Virus record (IMG/VR): IMGVR_UViG_3300030376_002948 | Location: 1 to 39,088 of that record | Length of the DNA stretch: 39,088 nt | Source of the DNA: a virus | Lineage: Duplodnaviria; Caudoviricetes | Reading direction: 5' to 3' (one strand) | Shown: positions 27,302 through 35,270 of the stretch, piece by piece | Layout: the number at the start of each line of letters is the position of its first letter | How positions within the stretch are numbered: position 1 is the stretch's first letter | The notes under the pieces: generated by a model | Told to the model about the DNA's origin: nothing | Databases searched by the model: none | What the model saw: only the letters and a program-made list of their open reading frames with translations | Position numbers and translations under genes: made by a program

Positions 27302-28928
27302 AGATATCTTTAACTACAAATACAGACACGACGGATGTGAGACTTGGGCAGACTTAGCTGAGACACTTGTTCTCGATGTCTGTAACCAATATCTCCCCAA
27401 GGATGAAATCGACCAGCTGACAAAATATATCAGCGACATGAAGTTTATTCCGGGTGGTCGGTATCTATATTATGCAGGTCGTCCCAACAAATATTATAAC
27501 AACTGTTATCTTTTGAAGGCTGAAGAGGACACTCGTGAAGATTGGGCTAACCTCAGCTGGAAGGCTGAGAGCTGTCTAATGACAGGTGGTGGTATCGGCG
27601 CAGACTATTCAGTTTACAGACCAGCTGGTACAACAATCAGTCGAACTGGTGGTCAGGCTTCAGGGTCTGTGACCAAGATGAACATGATTAATGAGATTGG
27701 TCGCCGGGTCATGCAAGGTGGTAGTCGTCGGAGTGCAATCTACGCATCACTTAACTGGAAGCATGGAGACATCGACGATTTCTTGACCGCCAAGGATTGG
27801 CAGAACATGTCCGTAGGCAAAACAGGTCAAAGCTTGTGGGACATCAAACAGGATGACTTTAACTTTCCTGCGCCCCTCGATATGACAAACATATCTGTGA
27901 ATTACGATACTGAGTGGCTGTTAAATTACTGGAAGACTGGAGACATTGGTGACGTATTCCGTCGTAACGTCGAGCAAGCTCTGAGAACATCTGAGCCGGG
28001 CTTCAGCTTCAACTTCTTCGACAAAGAAAACGAAACACTTCGCAACGCATGTACTGAAGTTACATCCGAGGATGACAGTGATGTCTGTAACCTCGGTAGT
28101 CTAAACATGGGTCGAATTGAAACACTCGAGGAGTTTAAAGATGTTACGGAACTGGCAACTAAGTTTCTTATATGTGGCACACTCTCTGCAAAGCTTCCTT
28201 ATCAAAAGGTCTATGACGTTAGAGAAAAGAATAGACGACTTGGTCTCGGGCTTATGGGCATTCACGAGTGGCTTATCAAAAGAGGTGAGCGTTACGAAGT
28301 TACACCAGAGCTTCATAGATGGCTTCAGGTCTATAAGTCTTGCAGTGATTATACTTCCGTCCGTTATGCTAATGCTCTTGGTGTTTCTGTTCCTGTGGCT
28401 GTTCGGGCTATTGCTCCAACTGGGAGTATTGGTATCTTGGCTGGAACGTCCACAGGTGTCGAGCCAATCTTCGCAGTCGCCTACAAGCGACGATACTTAA
28501 AAAATGGCACTGAGTGGCACTACCAGTATGTCGTGGACAGTGCGGCTCAAGAGCTGATTGATTTGTATGGTGCGTCGCCGGACAAGATTGAAAGCGCACT
28601 TGACCTAGCCAGCGACCCCGAGCGTCGTATAAAGTTTCAGGCTGATGTTCAGGATTATGTTGACCAGTCGATTAGTTCGACAATTAATTTACCTGAGTGG
28701 AATTCACAACTTAATAACGCTGACACGGTTGACGGCTTTGCTCACCTTCTGGTTAAATACGCCCATAGGCTAAGAGGCTTCACTTGTTATGCTGATGGCA
28801 GCAGGGGAGGTCAGCCACTAACTCCGGTGGATTATAACTCAGCGCACAATAAACAAGGCGAAGAGTTTCTGGAAACCGCACACGACATTTGTGATGTGAC
28901 AGGTAAAGGTGGCTCTTGCGGCGTATAA
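27276..28928 (+). CDS. nrdJ: Class II (B12-dependent) ribonucleotide reductase
   Basis: PGGRYL, NNCY, GGSRRSA, NACTE (thiyl Cys), CNLGS, APTGS, terminal CxxxxxxGSC; no beta-subunit gene in the genome. Confidence 0.85.
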   Translation: MTFRNQFSEDIFNYKYRHDGCETWADLAETLVLDVCNQYLPKDEIDQLTKYISDMKFIPGGRYLYYAGRPNKYYNNCYLLKAEEDTREDWANLSWKAESCLMTGGGIGADYSVYRPAGTTISRTGGQASGSVTKMNMINEIGRRVMQGGSRRSAIYASLNWKHGDIDDFLTAKDWQNMSVGKTGQSLWDIKQDDFNFPAPLDMTNISVNYDTEWLLNYWKTGDIGDVFRRNVEQALRTSEPGFSFNFFDKENETLRNACTEVTSEDDSDVCNLGSLNMGRIETLEEFKDVTELATKFLICGTLSAKLPYQKVYDVREKNRRLGLGLMGIHEWLIKRGERYEVTPELHRWLQVYKSCSDYTSVRYANALGVSVPVAVRAIAPTGSIGILAGTSTGVEPIFAVAYKRRYLKNGTEWHYQYVVDSAAQELIDLYGASPDKIESALDLASDPERRIKFQADVQDYVDQSISSTINLPEWNSQLNNADTVDGFAHLLVKYAHRLRGFTCYADGSRGGQPLTPVDYNSAHNKQGEEFLETAHDICDVTGKGGSCGV

Positions 28929-28933
28929 AAGGA

Positions 28934-29005
28934 AAGTGAGGGTGTGTCCCATCCAGTCTCCACTAAAGTAGAGTACTAGGACATTCGCAGGTCACGCCCT
29001 CACTT
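28934..29005. terminator. Long hairpin between convergent operons
   Basis: aagtgagggtgtg 28934-46 / cacgccctcactt 28993-29005 with inner stems. Confidence 0.6.
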
Positions 29006-29097
29006 ACTGAATATATACTTTTGTGACACATTTTTAAAGTGAACAAATCAAGAACCACGTCAAGTATTCACAGTTTATGCGTCAACAAAAATTGACG

Positions 29098-29784
29098 TTA
29101 TATGTCAACACTCTCGAATATATACGAGGGCTTCATTGCAGTGGCGAGTATTGGTGTCGCCCAATCCAGCGGAATATCACGAACCTCAAAGTTCATGCCC
29201 GGATTAAAAAGAGTGAATAATCCATTCGGCTGTTTATAAGGTAACGTCAACACGATGTTAGTTTTCTCTCGATTACAGTCGGCTCTTTCGTAGCCATCTG
29301 CCACCTTGCAATAGCTAAAAGCTTGGTGGGCTTCGTCATGAATGTAGCCTTCTTTGATGGGTCTTACGTCAACCACGTCAACACTCTTTGTCATGAAGCT
29401 TAACATTCCGGTGTACTTCTCATTGCCTTCATGGATGAAAACACCATAATCTTTAGCCTTTTCGTAAGATGCGGTGTAAGCAAACCTTGGTTTGCCTGTC
29501 CATATTTCACGATAGAAAGATGTTCTGAAGGTTTCCTCTTTTGGTTCGTCAACCATCTTAGTAATGCCGATGATAGGCATCGGCTGCGCCGGGAAGAAGA
29601 TGTCCTGCGGTGGACACTTGAGTATCTCAGCGTACTCGAATGCATCATCAAACGTCATGCGTATTGCACCCGAGATATGACGAGACAAGGTCTCAGGCTT
29701 CACGCCCTTCATGTCAGCAATCTGCTTTTTAGACAGACCGGATGCTGCGATGACCTTAGCGAAATTTACTGGCTTCATACCCAT
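29098..29784 (-). CDS. XRE-family HTH regulator (putative lysogeny repressor)
   Basis: LSKKQIADMKGVKPETLSRHISG...AEILKC HTH, followed by a ~160-aa C-terminal domain. Confidence 0.8.
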   Translation of the reverse strand: MGMKPVNFAKVIAASGLSKKQIADMKGVKPETLSRHISGAIRMTFDDAFEYAEILKCPPQDIFFPAQPMPIIGITKMVDEPKEETFRTSFYREIWTGKPRFAYTASYEKAKDYGVFIHEGNEKYTGMLSFMTKSVDVVDVRPIKEGYIHDEAHQAFSYCKVADGYERADCNREKTNIVLTLPYKQPNGLFTLFNPGMNFEVRDIPLDWATPILATAMKPSYIFESVDI

Positions 29785-30176
29785 TAGTCTTCTCCCTCAT
29801 ATATTTCAACAATCTGCTCACCAGTTGAATTATCGAGGTACACAGTTTTGTTACCAATTTTTATGTAAGCTACCTTAGGTGAGCGCATATCAATTTGTAG
29901 ATTTGAACCATCGTCAATTTCTAGATGTTTCTCCTGCCACGCCTCAGAAGGCGCAAACGAAGCAACGTATCCGGTTCGTGTTTTCTTACCCAACTCCCAA
30001 GTCAAATCAGTGCCATCATTGAGTGCATCTTCAAATTCATTCACATAACTAAGCATTGGGTTATCGCTAGAATATGGTCGCACGTTCTCAACTTCTCTTT
30101 CGAAGTAATCGTTAAGCTCATTATTGAAAGCTTCGACAGCTTGGTCATAATCATTTTTAATCGTTACACTAAACAT
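29784..30176 (-). CDS. Hypothetical early protein
   Basis: GAGGAG SD; TAATG-coupled to the repressor; acidic. Confidence 0.75.
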   Translation of the reverse strand: MFSVTIKNDYDQAVEAFNNELNDYFEREVENVRPYSSDNPMLSYVNEFEDALNDGTDLTWELGKKTRTGYVASFAPSEAWQEKHLEIDDGSNLQIDMRSPKVAYIKIGNKTVYLDNSTGEQIVEIYEGED

Positions 30177-30203
30177 GTTCTTACTCCTCTCTACAGAGGC
30201 GAC

Positions 30204-30746
30204 TTACGCCGCCTCGAATTTGTTTGCTTGTGTGAAAACGTCAGCAAATTCATTCAGCAATTTGACTTGGTTTTCTTCGTCAGCACATATGAACGCTCTA
30301 GTAAGATGCTCTGCAAACTCGCCGTGGACACCACGCAAAAGCTGTTGAGTAGATATTGCATTCGGGCGCAAGGCATCTAGTCTGGCTTGCTCCAACCTTG
30401 CCTCTTTACGCTGATTTCTATTTTCATTATCAAGATGCATTTGTGCTAGCTTAAAATCACTTGGCTCAAAGCCAACAGCCTGTATAGGTATGTTCAATTC
30501 TAGTAACAATCGAACTGAAACCCAAACAAACGCACCAGTTTCATTTGGCTTGAACTCGAACATGTCTCTGCCGAACTCTGCCATTAAAGTATCTAGCTTT
30601 TGCTCAAACTTTTTTTGGCTAGTGCCTTTTGGTTTTACACAATCAAAAAATACAGTGTCTATGACTTGGTCGCCAAGCAAGTCGCTTTCGCAACTGTTGT
30701 TTAATAGTTTTAATAAATCGTTACTCATAATGTCTCTCTTTCTCAT
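30204..30746 (-). CDS. Hypothetical early protein (start may be 30728)
   Basis: 180-aa ORF in the minus-strand operon; C-terminal FAEHLTRAFICADEENQVKLLNEF segment. Confidence 0.75.
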   Translation of the reverse strand: MRKRDIMSNDLLKLLNNSCESDLLGDQVIDTVFFDCVKPKGTSQKKFEQKLDTLMAEFGRDMFEFKPNETGAFVWVSVRLLLELNIPIQAVGFEPSDFKLAQMHLDNENRNQRKEARLEQARLDALRPNAISTQQLLRGVHGEFAEHLTRAFICADEENQVKLLNEFADVFTQANKFEAA

Positions 30747-30753
30747 TAAATTC

Positions 30754-30816
30754 TGACCTGTCTCGTCAGCAATGCGAGGTCACTCACACTGGACACCCTC
30801 TCGGGTGTTTCGACTA
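30754..30816 (-). ncRNA. Type II hammerhead ribozyme; predicted cleavage between 30792 and 30791
   Basis: Minus strand reads GUC-GAAA-CACCC(GAGA)GGGUG-UC^CAGUGUGAG(UGAC)CUCGCAUUG-CUGACGA-GAC-AGGUCA: intact core, stems I-III, and a loop I/3' tail pseudoknot. Confidence 0.92.
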
Positions 30817-31044
30817 ATTTGTTGTGGTGTGTTGGTTTTCTGCGACGAATTCTGAAAGAGTTTGTATATCCTCATTCAAACACCCACAGATGTCTTTTAT
30901 TTGCTCGATGGTATCTTCATTGGGTGAAGCCTGAAAGTCACCCATTCTGTTCTTTAGAATGTCCCAAAAGCTATTCACAGTGGATACTAGTTCTTCGAAC
31001 TCTTCGTCAAATTCACGTTTCTTTTGTAGGTCTGTTTTAATCAT
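30814..31044 (-). CDS. Hypothetical early protein, first gene of the operon
   Basis: AAGGAG SD; acidic helical 76 aa; its TAG stop overlaps the 5' end of the ribozyme. Confidence 0.75.
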   Translation of the reverse strand: MIKTDLQKKREFDEEFEELVSTVNSFWDILKNRMGDFQASPNEDTIEQIKDICGCLNEDIQTLSEFVAENQHTTTN

Positions 31045-31074
31045 AGTTATTTCTCCTTCTCTCTAACTATATCT

Positions 31075-31105
31075 ATTATATAATACACTAGACGTAATAC
31101 GTCAA
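31075..31105 (-). promoter_or_regulatory. Sigma70-type early promoter overlapped by a 17-bp palindrome
   Basis: Minus strand TTGACG-17 nt-TATATAAT (TATAAT itself at 19 nt); palindrome TAGACGTAATACGTCAA at 31089-31105. Confidence 0.65.
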
Positions 31106-31139
31106 GTACCAATACACAATAAATCAATAATACTTCTAC

Positions 31140-31159
31140 TTTTGTCTACCCTTAGGGGG
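31140..31159 (+). promoter_or_regulatory. Candidate phage RNAP late promoter
   Basis: ttttgtctacccttaggggg resembles 18695-18714, ends in a G-run as T7-type starts do, and heads the late operon. Confidence 0.5.
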
Positions 31160-31573
31160 ATAACGCCTGTAATCACTATAGATTAATCAATTAGTTATGA
31201 TGTGTCACACACAAGCATATCGTGGAATAGCCATAGAAGCCTCTACAGCGTATCTGTCGTCAACTGGCTTGCATAGCTAAAGACAGCCAGGGATGAACTG
31301 TGGCGGTCTGTGGTGGGCTTTGGTGGTGCTTTGGTGGTATTTTTTATTTAAAATAGAAGCCCTCGAGCCAATAAAATTCAGAAAACACCAGCTGGTCGTT
31401 TAAATGTTCACGGATAATCTATCCGGTCACTTACGAACCCAATAAATACAACACATTAACATCCATAGACCAAAAACAGACCCCGGGTGGGTCTAAATAA
31501 CATTCGATTTCAAAAACGAGGCTTTGTTGGCTTGTTGTTGTTGTTGTCCGGCATCGTTAATGAGAGGTCTCCC

Positions 31574-31726
31574 ATGACAAAAAAGACATCCCCTAAGCCC
31601 ACGAACCCTAAGCTCTACTCTCGTGTCAAAAGCGAAGCCAAGAAGAAGTTCAAGGTCTATCCATCAGCGTATGCCAATGCTTGGCTCGTGCGTACCTACA
31701 AGAAACGTGGTGGAACATACAGATGA
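31574..31726 (+). CDS. Small basic protein (MTKKTSPKPTNPKLY...)
   Basis: GAGG SD before ATG 31574; PSAYANAWLV..YKKRGG motif. Confidence 0.7.
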   Translation: MTKKTSPKPTNPKLYSRVKSEAKKKFKVYPSAYANAWLVRTYKKRGGTYR

Positions 31727-31971
31727 GCCTAAATAAGTGGTTCAAGGAAGACTGGGTAGACATTGGCGCACCGAAAAAGGACGGTAAGTACCAATCCTGT
31801 GGTCGTAAAAAGGCATCCAAGAGCAAAACAGGGCGTGCGTACCCCAAATGTGTCCCCAAAGCCAAGGCTAGTCGTATGACAAAGGCTGAGAAGGCTTCAG
31901 CGGTGCGTAGGAAACGCTCAAAACGACAGGGATTAGGCGGTAAGCCGACCAATGTATCGACATTCACATAA
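31723..31971 (+). CDS. Small basic protein (MSLNKWFKEDWVD...YPKCVP)
   Basis: ATGA coupling; motif common in marine phage late genes. Confidence 0.7.
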   Translation: MSLNKWFKEDWVDIGAPKKDGKYQSCGRKKASKSKTGRAYPKCVPKAKASRMTKAEKASAVRRKRSKRQGLGGKPTNVSTFT

Positions 31972-31987
31972 TTAGGACTATTCAATC

Positions 31988-32674
31988 ATGGCATTAGAGA
32001 CAGCTTCATTCATCGATGGGTTGAATTCAAGCAACCCGGCGGCGACAGATGCCTTAGCACAGGCTGACGACCACCTTCGTCTAATCAAGGCTGCTATCAA
32101 GGCAACATTCCCGAATATCACAGGAGCTGTTACTCTTACCCAAGCTCAAATTAACGCACTAGCTGACACCGTTCCTGCGCCCTCGGGAACTAAAATGCTC
32201 TTTAGGCAATCCGCAGCTCCAAATCAGTGGGTTAAGGATACCACCGACGACAATGCGGCTATTCGGGTCGTGTCTGGGTCGGTCAGCAGTGGCGGCTCTA
32301 ATGGTTTTAGTAACTCATTCAATACTGACTTCACAATCTCAGGTACAACCGGGGGTTCTGGAACACTCAGCACGTCGGCAAGCACCACAGGCTCGACAAC
32401 ACTGTCTGTTAGTCAAATACCATCGCACAGCCACGACATCACCGAGGCGTTCACTAAGGAAGACAACAACTACAGCCCCGGTTCACAAAGACCGCTAAGA
32501 GAGAATTCAGTCAACCTCGGTAACTACACTATAACCACACAGACCACTGGCGGTGGTGGTGGTCACACTCACTCAATACCGTCTCTAGATATTCCCTCGC
32601 ACACTCATACATTCTCGGATACCCACAATTTTGATGTCAAGTACGTTGACGTGATTGTCTGTACCAAGAGCTAG
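31988..32674 (+). CDS. Tail/fibre collar-like structural protein
   Basis: DDHLRLIK, TTLSVSQIPSHSH, GGGHTH, HTHT metal-binding fibre motifs. Confidence 0.75.
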   Translation: MALETASFIDGLNSSNPAATDALAQADDHLRLIKAAIKATFPNITGAVTLTQAQINALADTVPAPSGTKMLFRQSAAPNQWVKDTTDDNAAIRVVSGSVSSGGSNGFSNSFNTDFTISGTTGGSGTLSTSASTTGSTTLSVSQIPSHSHDITEAFTKEDNNYSPGSQRPLRENSVNLGNYTITTQTTGGGGGHTHSIPSLDIPSHTHTFSDTHNFDVKYVDVIVCTKS

Positions 32675-32676
32675 AC

Positions 32677-32952
32677 ATGCAGATTGAAATAGAGAGCAAC
32701 TGTCCACTGGACGGTTTTAATGCGTGTAGGCAAACAAAATGCGGCTGGTTCGTAAAGCTCCGAGGCACTCATAACGGCTCTGAAATAGACGAATATGGTT
32801 GTGCTATGGCGTGGCTACCAATCCTGCTTGTGGAGAATGCCCAACAGTCTCGTCAGACCGGGGCGGCTGTGGAGAGCTTCAGAAACCAAGTCGATGATGC
32901 ACGGAAAGCATTAATGTCAGAACAGCCAGTCAAGATAACTTTAGAGGAATAA
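32677..32952 (+). CDS. Cys-rich hypothetical protein
   Basis: CPL..C....CGWF...GCAMAWLP..AAVESFRN; located in the late operon. Confidence 0.7.
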   Translation: MQIEIESNCPLDGFNACRQTKCGWFVKLRGTHNGSEIDEYGCAMAWLPILLVENAQQSRQTGAAVESFRNQVDDARKALMSEQPVKITLEE

Positions 32953-33042
32953 CATGGATTACTCGTTAACAGTAATAGGTTTAGCTTTAGTTATGACTAT
33001 ACTTCTCATGCACTCCCTCAATTAATCTAAGGAAACTAACCT

Positions 33043-34659
33043 ATGGCTATCATACCAATCCGTAATCTTGGAGATGCCGGAGTGGTCACAGATGTTAGTC
33101 CTTACAACTTACCACTAAGCGCATATTCAAAAGCAGTTAACGTCCGATTTGATGAAGGCAAGGTGCGTCGTTCTCCAATCTTTAGAACCGTACTAGCTTC
33201 TCTCGGATACAACCCACGTTTTGCTTTCGGCATAGTTCCATCAACCGGGTTCGATACCGCACTGGTCATTAGTAATGACTACGTCATTAAAGAGTACAGC
33301 AATGGTTCTTTAACAGACCGCTCGGGTTCGATATCAGCGTCGGATGACCCTCGACCATTTACTGGTACGACCCTTGCTGATGTCACTTATATTAACAGAC
33401 AGGACAGAGTGCCTGTGTTTCGTGCGCCAGCTGGTACAAACTTTGCTGACCTGACTAACTGGACAAGTAATCATAGATGCGTGTCTCTGAGAGCATTCGG
33501 CGACCAGTTGATTGCGCTGAATATGACTGAAGGCAGTTCAACATTCCCCAACCGGGTGCGCTTTAGTAACGTCGTTTTAGCTAACTCAATACCTGATAGC
33601 TGGGATGCCACCGACACTACAAAGTTGGCTGGCTTCGTTGACCTCGTCGAGCAGGACACCGCAATTGTTGATGGGTTGACGCTGGGTAGTAACTTTATCA
33701 TTTACACCAGCACTCAGGTCTGGCTCATGGATTTTGTAGGCGGCACGTTCCTATTCAATTTCAGGAAGCTGTTTACCGATGCCGGGGCTATCTCTCAGAA
33801 TTGTATCGTCGAGGTAGAAGGTAAGCACTACGTCTTTGACAACTTCGATATCTACGCCCACGACGGCACATCTAAGCAGTCAATTTGTGACGAGCGAGTA
33901 AAGAATTTTATCTTCACCGGGCTGAACCAAGCATCTAAGAATTTGTGCTTCGTACAACATAACCCAACTCTTAACGAGATTATGTTTTGTTACAAGTCCG
34001 GCGACGAGCTGGTGGCTTTCCCGAATGCAGAAAGATGTAACCGGGCGGCAGTGTTCAACTACAGAAAGAACACTTGGTCGTTCATGGATTTACCTAATGT
34101 GTCCTCGGCTACCATTATTAACCTCGACACTGTTGCTTCATATGCAACGGCTTCAACTTTAACATATGAGCTGGTAGGTGGTTCATACTATGACCAAGAA
34201 GATAGCTTCAATCGTCACGTCGTGATGGTCGGTCAGGATAATACCGCAGACGGATTGACCAGCGATAAAATTTACGGTCTCGACCTCAGTGACGACGGCT
34301 CTATTGGTTTCCAGCTGGATACCGAGGCGACTAAACGTGCAATTGTTGAGCGAGTGGGTATTGACCTCGATGAGACCCAAAGAGGCATTCGTGGTTACAA
34401 GGTAATCAACCGACTGTACCCCCAGGCTGACACCAAGAATTCAAACGACACCACGTTGACATTTGAGTTTGGTGCGTCCGACATACCAAGTGACAGCCCG
34501 ATTTATTCAACTTCCACAAGTTTTGATATGTCGTCTGACTACAAGATTGATAGTCGTGCAGCAGGTCGTTATCTATCTTATAAAGTTACAATCAGCGACC
34601 AAAAAGACTTCGAGCTTTCTGGGTTCGACCTTGACGTTACTGCAACTGGTAAACGCTGA
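33043..34659 (+). CDS. Tail nozzle / packaged-DNA stabilisation protein
   Basis: 538-aa beta-rich protein ending in GRYLSYK; precedes the ejection genes. Confidence 0.7.
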   Translation: MAIIPIRNLGDAGVVTDVSPYNLPLSAYSKAVNVRFDEGKVRRSPIFRTVLASLGYNPRFAFGIVPSTGFDTALVISNDYVIKEYSNGSLTDRSGSISASDDPRPFTGTTLADVTYINRQDRVPVFRAPAGTNFADLTNWTSNHRCVSLRAFGDQLIALNMTEGSSTFPNRVRFSNVVLANSIPDSWDATDTTKLAGFVDLVEQDTAIVDGLTLGSNFIIYTSTQVWLMDFVGGTFLFNFRKLFTDAGAISQNCIVEVEGKHYVFDNFDIYAHDGTSKQSICDERVKNFIFTGLNQASKNLCFVQHNPTLNEIMFCYKSGDELVAFPNAERCNRAAVFNYRKNTWSFMDLPNVSSATIINLDTVASYATASTLTYELVGGSYYDQEDSFNRHVVMVGQDNTADGLTSDKIYGLDLSDDGSIGFQLDTEATKRAIVERVGIDLDETQRGIRGYKVINRLYPQADTKNSNDTTLTFEFGASDIPSDSPIYSTSTSFDMSSDYKIDSRAAGRYLSYKVTISDQKDFELSGFDLDVTATGKR

Positions 34660-34937
34660 TGGCTATTAATAATAAAACGGATACGACAGCCACACCATAT
34701 GTCAGGGCGCAGTTCCCGGTATACGAAGAGGGTGTACGTCGTTACATCCAAGATGAACTACAGCGCATTGAGAATTCCCTTAGGTCTGCTAACGAGGCGA
34801 CAATTCAGGTTTCCGACAAGCCGCCGGATAACCCACTCAGGGGTATGGTGCGTTATGCAATAAGTCCTTGGGATGCACTTGGCAACGGCTACACTGGTTT
34901 AGTCGTTTACACTGGCAACGCATGGGCGCAGGTCTAG
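34659..34937 (+). CDS. Tail-associated hypothetical protein
   Basis: TGATG coupling; YIQDELQRIE...GMVRYA...VYTGNAW. Confidence 0.7.
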   Translation: MAINNKTDTTATPYVRAQFPVYEEGVRRYIQDELQRIENSLRSANEATIQVSDKPPDNPLRGMVRYAISPWDALGNGYTGLVVYTGNAWAQV

Positions 34938-34939
34938 CT

Positions 34940-35269
34940 ATGCTGTTCGATAGAATTCCTGTCGTCGATACTGACGACTACAATATTGAATTACAGCCAC
35001 ACATTAACGAAGCCGGGTTTCACATGGTGTTTATTCACTGTGATGTTAACTCGACGTGGACTAAATCACTCAAGAGAGAGCTAAAGCAGACGTTCAAAGA
35101 GCTATCCAGTCAGATGGATACGCCTATGTACGCAAACTGCGAAGTAAACGACGAAAAGCATAAAAAGTTTCTGAAGATTTTTAATTTCAAACCTCAGATA
35201 TTGGTTCAAGAGCCTGACAGCTCTGACGTTTACATTCTCTACAAACATACATCAATCGGAGTACACTAA
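34940..35269 (+). CDS. Hypothetical protein (GNAT/T7 gp13-like position)
   Basis: HCDV...KFLKIFNF pattern; precedes the ejection proteins. Confidence 0.55.
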   Translation: MLFDRIPVVDTDDYNIELQPHINEAGFHMVFIHCDVNSTWTKSLKRELKQTFKELSSQMDTPMYANCEVNDEKHKKFLKIFNFKPQILVQEPDSSDVYILYKHTSIGVH

Positions 35270-35270
35270 T

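Noticed and set aside
29925-30756. Plus-strand ORFs over the early operon
   Set aside because: The minus-strand genes have SDs, coupling, a promoter and a ribozyme in sense; the plus-strand ORFs have no such support.
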